Origin: a virus
Lineage: Duplodnaviria > Caudoviricetes
Length of the DNA: 31,438 nucleotides
IMG/VR virus record: IMGVR_UViG_3300012863_000020
Location: 1-31,438 of that record
Direction: 5' to 3' (one strand)
Shown: positions 1 through 7,013 of the stretch, piece after piece
How positions within the stretch are numbered: the first letter of the stretch is position 1
Layout: the number at the start of each line of letters is the position of its first letter
The notes under the pieces: model-generated
What the model saw: the letters and a program-made list of their open reading frames with translations, nothing else
The model's database searches: none
What the model was told of the DNA's origin: nothing
Program-made: the position numbers and the translations under genes

Positions 1-1344
1 ATGGGCACGACGTTCGCGGGCGCACCGCACCACGCCGGTCCGTCCCTCGCCAACGAGGGTCCGCCGTGCCTGCCGATCGAGCCGGTCCGCAAGGAGGACC
101 CGGACGAGTTCCGCCGCCGCATGGAGGAGAAGGCGGGCCGGCGGCGCCTGGCGCTGCGGAGCATCACCCCGGAGCCCAGGCCCGAGGTCGACGACGCGCT
201 GCAGGCGGCGAAGTTCAGCCCGGCGCCGCGGGCGCGCGACGACCGTCGCGCCGCGCCCCGGCCGCGCCCTACGCCGGCCACGCCTCCGGCGGCACCGTCC
301 CGGGACGAGCGGGACCGGCTGGCGGCGATCGAGGCGTACGAGCAGGGCGAGTCGATCGTCGCGCTCGCGCGGCGGTTCGGCCAGCCCGAGACGACGGTGA
401 GGCACTGGCTGACCCGCGCAGGGGTCACCCTGCGCACGCGCAGCGAGCAGGTCGCCCTCTCGCGTCATGCCGAGCTCGGCGACCCGGTCCGCCCGTGCGC
501 GGGCGGCTGCGGGAAGATGACCCGCCCCTCGTCGTACAAGGCCGCCGACCACCCCGACACCGTGTCCCGGTCGCGCCACGGGATGTGCGGGGCGTGCGCG
601 AACCCCGACGCGAAGCACCGTGAGACCACCCCGGTCGAGCGGGACCACTGGGTGAGCCTGCACGTCGAGCAGGGCCGCACGGTCCCTGAGATCGCGGACC
701 AGGTGGGTCGCAGCGAGTGGACGGTCCGGCACGCGCTGGCCAAGGCGGGCGTCAAGATCCGGTCGGGCAACGCGATCCAGGTCGAGCGACGCGCCGCCGG
801 GGCACCAGATGCCGCACCGCCCCCGCCCGGTGCGCGCAAGGACCCGTCCATCGCCGCGCGCAACGAGCGGATCGTCGAGATGGTCCGTGCCGAGCCGCAC
901 ACCCCGGCGCGCGTGATCGCGGCTCGCTTCGGGGTGAACGCGCACGTGATCGACAACGTCCTGACGAAGGCCGGCGTGCGGCGTCGGGACCTTCGCCGGG
1001 CAGCACGGCCCGCCGACCCTGCCCCGTCGCGCCCGCCGGCGGCACCCTCCGCCCCGGCACCGCTGTCCTCGCCGCCCGCGCCCGAGGTCCACCCGGACGC
1101 CACGCCCGACGTCGCCCTGCCCGCCGTCGCCGTCGTACCTGACCGGCCACGCGTCCTGACCGACCACGACCGGGACCCAAGCCCCGCTGCCGCGTACACA
1201 GCGATGCGCGCCGCGGTCGTCGACCTCACGACCGACCTGCTCGACGCGGCCGCTCATCTGGCGTCCGCCGGGACCCACCTCACCGAGCTACGTACCGCCG
1301 TCCTCGACCTGCTCGCCGCCCTCCCGGAAGGACCGACCTCGTGA
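1..1344 (+). CDS. Multi-HTH DNA-binding protein with Cys-rich segment
   Basis: Three HTH-like repeats (GESIVALARRFGQPETTVRHWLTRAGV; GRTVPEIADQVGRSEWTVRHALAKAGV; TPARVIAARFGVNAHVIDNVLTKAGV) and CAGGC...HGMCGAC; true start uncertain. Confidence 0.7.
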   Translation: MGTTFAGAPHHAGPSLANEGPPCLPIEPVRKEDPDEFRRRMEEKAGRRRLALRSITPEPRPEVDDALQAAKFSPAPRARDDRRAAPRPRPTPATPPAAPSRDERDRLAAIEAYEQGESIVALARRFGQPETTVRHWLTRAGVTLRTRSEQVALSRHAELGDPVRPCAGGCGKMTRPSSYKAADHPDTVSRSRHGMCGACANPDAKHRETTPVERDHWVSLHVEQGRTVPEIADQVGRSEWTVRHALAKAGVKIRSGNAIQVERRAAGAPDAAPPPPGARKDPSIAARNERIVEMVRAEPHTPARVIAARFGVNAHVIDNVLTKAGVRRRDLRRAARPADPAPSRPPAAPSAPAPLSSPPAPEVHPDATPDVALPAVAVVPDRPRVLTDHDRDPSPAAAYTAMRAAVVDLTTDLLDAAAHLASAGTHLTELRTAVLDLLAALPEGPTS

Positions 1345-1589
1345 CCACCACCCCCGACCCCGAGACCGCAGCAGCGGTCGACCCGCCCCGCCCCGACCCC
1401 ATCCGCGCCGCACTCGAAGAGCGTCAGCGCCGGCTCGCCCACGACGAGCGGGCGTACCAGCGTCAGCTCGCCCGCCTGCACGACCAGCAGGACTCCGTCA
1501 CGCGCGATCTCCTCGAGGCCCAGGCACTTCTCGCCGACACCGTCGCCGCGCTCGAGCATCTGCCCGTGACGGTGGTCGCGACGTGGTGA
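1341..1589 (+). CDS. Small coiled-coil hypothetical phage protein
   Basis: GTGA overlap with upstream stop, GAAGGA RBS-like, heptad-like Leu spacing. Confidence 0.65.
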   Translation: MTTTPDPETAAAVDPPRPDPIRAALEERQRRLAHDERAYQRQLARLHDQQDSVTRDLLEAQALLADTVAALEHLPVTVVATW

Positions 1590-1807
1590 CCCTGCGCGCC
1601 ACACTGCCCGACCTGCAGCCGAGCGCCGACCTCGAGCGGTACCTCGCCGCCCGGCACGACGACCCGGACGTGCGCCGATTCAACGCCGCATGCGCGGCCG
1701 CGCGGGCCGCTCGCTCGCACCACGACACCCCGCAGTCCCAGGAGCGTCACCGCGCCCAGCTCGAGCGAGCCCTGGACGTGTCCCGCACCTCCCGGAGGAA
1801 CCGATGA
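1583..1807 (+). CDS. Small hypothetical phage protein
   Basis: Fills the gap between flanking genes with overlaps at both ends; coding-like GC3. Confidence 0.55.
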   Translation: MVTLRATLPDLQPSADLERYLAARHDDPDVRRFNAACAAARAARSHHDTPQSQERHRAQLERALDVSRTSRRNR

Positions 1808-2301
1808 GCACCAACATCCCCACCCTCGCGCAGGTCGAGTACCTGCGCGAGGAGGTGACCGTCTTCGTCGCCGACACCCCGGCCGGGCCGGTGATCGTGT
1901 GGTGCGACCAGGAGGGCGACTGGTGGTCGACCCGTGTCCCTACCGAGGACGACCTGGACGTCCTGCCCGCCGCCGGCACGACCTACGGCGTGTCCGCCGG
2001 GATCGACCCCTACGACCCGGCGTCCCTCGAGGACGTGATCGGCATCCCGTGGGCCGAGGGTGACTCCCGGGCGCTCGCGGACGTCGCGGCCGAGCGCCGG
2101 ACGCACCACGCCCGCGGGTGGACCGCGCGGCTCGACGACGCGCGCGGCGTGGACCACCTCGTGCGACTGGCCGATCGATCCGCGCACCGGGGCGACGAGG
2201 ACCGTCCGGGCTACTACAGCCGCGAGGGCCTCGTGAAGGCCGCGTCGCTGCTGCTCGCCGCGATCGACTGCCTCGACCGGACGGAGGCGGACCGTGGCTG
2301 A
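1804..2301 (+). CDS. Hypothetical phage early protein (AERR..GWT..DD / LVKAASLLLAAID motif)
   Basis: ATG 1804 after GGAGGA, ATGA overlap; C-terminal helical motif resembles a widespread uncharacterised phage early-region family (recalled, not searched). Confidence 0.65.
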   Translation: MSTNIPTLAQVEYLREEVTVFVADTPAGPVIVWCDQEGDWWSTRVPTEDDLDVLPAAGTTYGVSAGIDPYDPASLEDVIGIPWAEGDSRALADVAAERRTHHARGWTARLDDARGVDHLVRLADRSAHRGDEDRPGYYSREGLVKAASLLLAAIDCLDRTEADRG

Positions 2302-3040
2302 CGACCTGGACCCGGCCGCCGTGGCGCGTGTCGCGGGTGCGCTCTTCGGTCACCGGTACGTCAGGGACGACGGGGAGTGCTCGTGCGGATGGGCGCTCGA
2401 CGACACACCTGCGGACGCGGACGGGCCGCTCGCCGAGGACTGCCAGGTCGTCGAGCACCTGGCCCGTGTGGCTCTTGCCGCCGCTCACCGCAATGACGCC
2501 CCAGCACCCACCGGCCCGACGCTCATGCGCGTCATCACCCGCCTTGCAGACGAGTCCTCGGAGCATCAGCCGCAGTGGAGGCGGCTACCCGGTCGACGTG
2601 AGGCGGGTCCGCAGTGCTCCTGCGGTTGGGTGTTCTCGCCGCATGAGCCGCAGGACTGGACGGGGCACATGCAGGACGTGCTCCTGGATGCGGTCATCGA
2701 TGAGCGAGGAGTCCACGTCCTCGCCGCCCGGGCGTGGCTCTCCGAGCGCACGCCGCAGACGACGGCGAGCACGGCGTGCGACCACGCGGAGTCCATGCAC
2801 GGGCGCTGCGTGGGGTGCGGCATGACGTGGGAGCAGCAGGCGGCGTCCCGTCAGCCCGCCCCGACGGTGAGCGCGGCGCAGGTGGGGCGTGCCGCTGCTC
2901 GCGCGCGAGAGCACTGGGAGGAGCCGGACGCAGAGGGTCCGATCGACTGCCGATGCGGGGGCCACACCGGCCCGGAGTCGATCGAGGTGCACCGGCTGCT
3001 CGTCGCCCTCGGCGCCCTGGGGATCGCGGTGCGGCCGTGA
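2294..3040 (+). CDS. Protein with three H...CxCG...H putative Zn-binding repeats
   Basis: ECSCGW, QCSCGW, DCRCGG each bracketed by His; GGAGG upstream of GTG. Confidence 0.65.
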   Translation: MADDLDPAAVARVAGALFGHRYVRDDGECSCGWALDDTPADADGPLAEDCQVVEHLARVALAAAHRNDAPAPTGPTLMRVITRLADESSEHQPQWRRLPGRREAGPQCSCGWVFSPHEPQDWTGHMQDVLLDAVIDERGVHVLAARAWLSERTPQTTASTACDHAESMHGRCVGCGMTWEQQAASRQPAPTVSAAQVGRAAARAREHWEEPDAEGPIDCRCGGHTGPESIEVHRLLVALGALGIAVRP

Positions 3041-3342
3041 GCCGAGTTCCCCGCCCTTGCTGGCGCTGCGGCACCCACGAGGGCGTCCAGCAGTACCTCA
3101 ACGGCCCGGCCTGCCCGCAGCACACCCCCGCCGCGCTCGCGGGCCGCCCCGAGCCGCAGGCGCCCCCGCAGGCCCCGCGCAGCGGTCGCTTGACTTCCCG
3201 CACGGCGGCCGTCGTCGCGGTCGAGCTGGACACGCGCCTGCAGGCCGCGAAGAGGCACGCACACACCGCCGCCGAACGAGCCCGTGTCGGCGAGCAGGCC
3301 CACCGCCTGTACGGGCGCCTCGCGAACACCCCGCCGCCGTGA
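3037..3342 (+). CDS. Small Cys/His-motif protein (CWRC...CPQH)
   Basis: GTG 3037 overlaps upstream stop (GTGA), in frame with track ORF 2734..3342. Confidence 0.6.
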   Translation: MSRVPRPCWRCGTHEGVQQYLNGPACPQHTPAALAGRPEPQAPPQAPRSGRLTSRTAAVVAVELDTRLQAAKRHAHTAAERARVGEQAHRLYGRLANTPPP

Positions 3343-3399
3343 CGACGAAGCCCTACCGCACGGCCGACTGCCGCTCATCGATGAGGAGACAGCCCACAC

Positions 3400-4482
3400 A
3401 TGGCATGGCTCAGGCTCGGGGACACCGCAGCCACGTACCCCAAGCTGCTCGAGGTCGCCGAGCACCCTGACGCCGACGAGTCGTCCGTCGACGAGGTGTT
3501 CGGGTGGTTCCTGCGGATCGCCGCGCAGTCTGCGCAGCACCCGCACGCCACCGACTACATCGTCACTCTCGCGACCGCGCGCATGATCGGCGGCACCCGC
3601 GTGCGTACGGACCGCCTCATCGGGTTCGCGTCGTTCGCCGGCCTCCTCGAGGTAGTCGAGGTCGACGACCGGGTCGCGCTCAAGCTGCTCAACGACCCCG
3701 AGTTCGTCCACATCAAGACCGGCGACGTGCTGGCGTTCGAGCGCCAGCGGCGCGCCGACAACGGCAAGCCCGAGATCACCACGCTCGTGCGGATGCGCGA
3801 CGGTGACTCCTGCCGCTACTGCGGCAGGGTCGTCGACTTCCGCGCACGCACCGGCAAGCTCGCCGGCACCTACGACCACCGCCCGCCCGGCAAGCCAGCG
3901 GACCCCGAGCGCAGCGTCGTCGCGTGCAGCTCGTGCAACGCCACCCGGCAGGACAAGCCGCTCGAGCTCGCCGACGCGGACAAGCCCCTCCTGCCGCCGC
4001 CCGCGCTCCCGTACTGGTCGAGCGCGACCCGTGTGTGGCTGAACAACCACGCCCCGCTGCTCGCCGCGAACGGCCTCACGCCGCCCCCGCGCGCCGAGCG
4101 CGACTTCCGCAACCTCACCCCCGGCACCGTGCTGCAGCGCCCGGACGACGCACCCGACACCGGTGTGCGCTCCGCAGTCGCGCAGGCCGAGCAGGAGGCA
4201 GCACCCGAGTCCGGCGTGCGCCCCGCTCCCGTGCCAGCACCGCCCGGGCAGCCTCCTGCCAGGAGCCTGACAGGACAGGGCGGGGCTCGACAGGACCCAG
4301 CCGTGCACGGGACAGGAACCCCGGGACGGGACGGGTCGGGACGGGTCGGGACGGGACGGGGGGCCGCGCGCAGCGCTGGCCCGGACCCGAACGACGCGCG
4401 TGGTGAGCCGACAGCACGACGTACCCGACGCGGCCGCCGTGGTGGCCGTGGACGCACCGCTCCCCGAGGAGAGACCGCATGA
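3400..4482 (+). CDS. Putative replication initiator with central HNH-like domain
   Basis: GAGGAG RBS; MAWLRLGD N-terminus typical of actinophage Rep-like proteins; RDGDSCRYCG...YDH...VVACSSCN HNH signature; internal DNA repeats near the 3' end. Confidence 0.7.
   Translation: MAWLRLGDTAATYPKLLEVAEHPDADESSVDEVFGWFLRIAAQSAQHPHATDYIVTLATARMIGGTRVRTDRLIGFASFAGLLEVVEVDDRVALKLLNDPEFVHIKTGDVLAFERQRRADNGKPEITTLVRMRDGDSCRYCGRVVDFRARTGKLAGTYDHRPPGKPADPERSVVACSSCNATRQDKPLELADADKPLLPPPALPYWSSATRVWLNNHAPLLAANGLTPPPRAERDFRNLTPGTVLQRPDDAPDTGVRSAVAQAEQEAAPESGVRPAPVPAPPGQPPARSLTGQGGARQDPAVHGTGTPGRDGSGRVGTGRGAARSAGPDPNDARGEPTARRTRRGRRGGRGRTAPRGETA
4269..4317 (+). repeat. GACAGGA direct repeats x3 (iteron-like)
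   Basis: Copies start at 4269, 4289 and 4311 (spacing 20 and 22 bp). Confidence 0.55.
4322..4363 (+). repeat. (CGGGW)x8 tandem pentamer; eight GGG tracts
   Basis: cggga cggga cgggt cggga cgggt cggga cggga cgggggg read directly. Confidence 0.9.
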
Positions 4483-5201
4483 CCCTCACCGCACACGATG
4501 CTGCGCCTGCCCCCGACCTTGCTCCCGCCTCGCCCGTGCTGGTCGCCCGGGTCCGATCCCGTCTCGACGAGCTGACCGAGCCGCGCGTGCAGCGCACCCG
4601 CCAGTGGGTCCCGGTCCCCGGCGCTGCACCGCCGCGGCTCGAGGAGCGGGTGGTCGAGGTCCGCATGCCCGGTCTGCTCGCGCAGCTCGAGCACCCCGCC
4701 GACGACTCGACGGCCGGCTCGTCGTCCACCGGCCCCGGATCTCGCCCGCCCGGCTCGCTCGAGGGCGCGTCCTGGCTGCAGGTCGTCGAGCGTGAGGCCC
4801 GCGTCGTGGCGTCGAGCATGCTGGCCCGCCTGCTCGGGATGGCCGTCCCCGGCGTGCAGGTCACGATCCGCCCACGCCGCGTGCACGACTCGATCGCCGT
4901 CGTGCGGCGCTACGTCGGCGACCTCGACCGTGACGAGCTGCTTGACGTCGAGCGTGCGGTCCGGCGCTGGTGGGCTCGCGCGCGCATCGTCACGACCTGG
5001 GACACCGCGCCGTTCAAGCCGCACGCCGCGTGCCCGCACTGCGCGCACGTCGGCCGGCTGCAGCTGCGGACCCGCCCGATCGTGCTCGTCTGCCTCGAGT
5101 GCGGCGAGGCATGGGACACCGCATCGCTCGCCGATCTCGGCACCGTGTACGAGCTCGCCGTCGCCGCGGTGCCCGACGAACTCGCGGGAGCCCGCTCGTG
5201 A
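4479..5201 (+). CDS. Zn-ribbon protein, candidate late-gene regulator
   Basis: C-terminal CPHC...CLEC; GAGGAG RBS; sits at the end of the early region before the packaging genes. Function inferred from position only. Confidence 0.65.
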   Translation: MTLTAHDAAPAPDLAPASPVLVARVRSRLDELTEPRVQRTRQWVPVPGAAPPRLEERVVEVRMPGLLAQLEHPADDSTAGSSSTGPGSRPPGSLEGASWLQVVEREARVVASSMLARLLGMAVPGVQVTIRPRRVHDSIAVVRRYVGDLDRDELLDVERAVRRWWARARIVTTWDTAPFKPHAACPHCAHVGRLQLRTRPIVLVCLECGEAWDTASLADLGTVYELAVAAVPDELAGARS

Positions 5202-5338
5202 CCGCCGAGCACGAGCGCGAGGAGGGCCACGGGCAGACGCCGCACCACTGCTCGTGCCACGAGTACCAGCACGCCGTGCCGTCCCTGGCCTGGCGCTGTG
5301 AGCAACGAACCGAACGAGGAGAGCCCCGATGCCCGTGA
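5198..5338 (+). CDS. Possible 46-aa His/Cys-rich peptide
   Basis: GTGA overlap with upstream stop; HHCSCH motif; fills the gap to the next gene. Confidence 0.4.
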   Translation: MTAEHEREEGHGQTPHHCSCHEYQHAVPSLAWRCEQRTERGEPRCP

Positions 5339-5622
5339 CCAACGACGAGACGACCGGCCGCACGAGCGTGTGCCAAGCGTGCGGTGCCGACATCGAGGAG
5401 GCGCTGCTGCTCAAGGGGCTGATGGTCCGGCGCGGACCTGCGGGCGCGCGCGTCCCGTCGCCCGGTATCCCGACGTGGCGCCGGCTCGACCGCGGACCAG
5501 GCTCGGCCAAGTGCAACGCGGTCGCGTCGGGCCAGCACCAGCCGGCGACGGTCGCGACGGGCACGGCGTTCCAGGCGGGGCGTGTCGTGACGTCCTTGCG
5601 CACGGAGCCCACGCAGTCGTAG
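5329..5622 (+). CDS. Small hypothetical protein (CQAC)
   Basis: GAGGAG upstream of ATG; 97 aa. Confidence 0.55.
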   Translation: MPVTNDETTGRTSVCQACGADIEEALLLKGLMVRRGPAGARVPSPGIPTWRRLDRGPGSAKCNAVASGQHQPATVATGTAFQAGRVVTSLRTEPTQS

Positions 5623-5625
5623 TCT
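5596..5625 (+). promoter_or_regulatory. Candidate housekeeping-sigma promoter for the late operon
   Basis: TTGCGC (5596-5601), 18-nt spacer, TAGTCT (5620-5625), directly before the longest non-coding gap upstream of the packaging genes. Confidence 0.55.
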
Positions 5626-5657
5626 GCCGTCCAGCGGGTTCGTCATGCCCGCAGGAC

Positions 5658-5691
5658 AGGCCCGGACCTCACGGTCCGGGCCTTCGTGCTT
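5658..5691 (+). terminator. Terminator/attenuator-like hairpin
   Basis: Perfect 11-bp stem AGGCCCGGACC-tcac-GGTCCGGGCCT followed by TCGTGCTT. Confidence 0.6.
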
Positions 5692-5987
5692 CCCCGGGGT
5701 CCACGGACGAGCAGACCCGGGGGACGCAGGCCGTCCTCGACCGCACGTGGTCGGGGTGCTGGGGTCGGCAGCACGCGCGAGGGCGCGGGCATCGGCCGTC
5801 GCGCGGCCCGACGGTGCCGGCCCCTCCATCGACTCCCCCGCCCGGCGCAGCGCACCCGGCACACGCACCAGACCGCCGGGCCCCGGTGCACGCACCGCGA
5901 CGACGCGTCCCGCGCGGCGATGAGCGGCAGCGCCCGAGGCTCAGCGAGACACGCAGGGCCGACGAGACCTGCACGGGCGGGGGCCAG

Positions 5988-6311
5988 ATGTACGACGACG
6001 AGGGGCCCGTCACCGACGAGCTGCTCGCCACGTTCCGCGGGTCGCGTCGCTGGAAGCGGCTCGTGCTCGAGCTGTGCACGCCGGACTCGGTGTGCGCTCT
6101 GTGCAGCGGGGCTCGCGGGCCGATCCGGTTCGACCTGCGCCCGCACCACTCGCTCGGTCCGAGCCTCGACCACGTGACGCCGGCGTCGCGCTGCCGGTCT
6201 GCGTGGCAGCTCTGGGACCCCGCCAACCTGCAGCCGGCGCACTTCGGCTGCAACGCGGGCAAGCGGGATCGCGTGCCGGTCCCGGCGACCCTGCGGGGTT
6301 GGACCTGGTGA
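5988..6311 (+). CDS. Terminase-associated HNH endonuclease (HK97 gp74-like)
   Basis: CALC...SLDHVTP...NLQPAHFGCN; immediately upstream of the cos-like region and terminase. Confidence 0.85.
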   Translation: MYDDEGPVTDELLATFRGSRRWKRLVLELCTPDSVCALCSGARGPIRFDLRPHHSLGPSLDHVTPASRCRSAWQLWDPANLQPAHFGCNAGKRDRVPVPATLRGWTW

Positions 6312-6325
6312 CGCCCGACGTCGAT

Positions 6326-6410
6326 GCAGGTCAGAGGCATCACCGCAGGTCAGAGCCGGTTTTTTGGTGGGCGGACGAGCCCGTCGAGCCGCCCCTCGAC
6401 CTTTTTCTAC
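6326..6410. other. Candidate cos/packaging region
   Basis: GCAGGTCAGAG direct repeat (6326, 6345); T6 (6360-6365) and T5 (6402-6406) tracts bracketing a GC core; lies between HNH and terminase small subunit. Confidence 0.6.
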
Positions 6411-6470
6411 ACACCACGGGCTCCCCCGGGTAGCCGTCCCACACGTGTAGCCGAGGAGGTGCCGGACCAC

Positions 6471-7013
6471 ATGAGCGACACCCCTGCGATGTCCGCCCGG
6501 CACGGTGAGACCCCAGGTCAGCCGGGGTACCGCAAGGGCTGCCGTTGCAACGCCTGCCGCGACGGTCACGCCCGGTACGTCGCCGCCTGGCGCTCTCGCA
6601 AGCGCGAGGAGGAGATCGCCGCCGCGCTCGCGGACGCCGACCCGCTGGTCGCCGAGGAGGACGTCCGGCCGCCTGTCGTCGAGCCTGTCGCCGGCCGCCT
6701 CGACATGAAGGCCCGGCCCGGGCCGCTAGAGCGCGCGCTGCTCAAGGACCTGCGCAGGCCCGACCCCAAGGTCGCGTTCCGCCGGCACCTGCTGCGCATG
6801 GCGCGGCTCAACGCACGCGTGCTCGACCAGATCGACGTGCTCGAGCGGCTCGACCTACTGTCGCCCATCGAGCTGCGGCAGTTCGAGCTGCTCAACCGCA
6901 TCGCGCGCCTGGGCTTCGACGGGCTGGACGACGACGACCCGGCCGATGGCGGTGCGGTCGAGGTGCCCGACGACGCGTCGGCGCTGCTCGAGGATCTCGC
7001 GAACGGTGAGTAG
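6471..7013 (+). CDS. terS: Probable terminase small subunit with N-terminal Cys motif
   Basis: GAGGAGG RBS; overlaps terL start; helical core and acidic tail; HG...GYRKGCRCNAC at the N-terminus. Call mostly from synteny. Confidence 0.6.
   Translation: MSDTPAMSARHGETPGQPGYRKGCRCNACRDGHARYVAAWRSRKREEEIAAALADADPLVAEEDVRPPVVEPVAGRLDMKARPGPLERALLKDLRRPDPKVAFRRHLLRMARLNARVLDQIDVLERLDLLSPIELRQFELLNRIARLGFDGLDDDDPADGGAVEVPDDASALLEDLANGE

Noticed and set aside
5634-5652. GCGGGTTCG...CCCGC resembling a tRNA T-arm
   Set aside because: The loop is 9 nt, and no acceptor, D or anticodon arms can be built around it; treated as a leader hairpin.
5298-5987. Long N-terminal extension of the HNH ORF (track 5298..6311)
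   Set aside because: Low-complexity translation overlapping another ORF, the promoter and the hairpins; ATG 5988 gives a typical 107-aa HNH protein.
6325-6336. TGCAGGT shared between the cos-region repeat and the HTH-gene palindrome arm
   Set aside because: Only 7 bp match and the flanks diverge; TGCAGGT also occurs in coding regions, so it is not distinguishable from chance.
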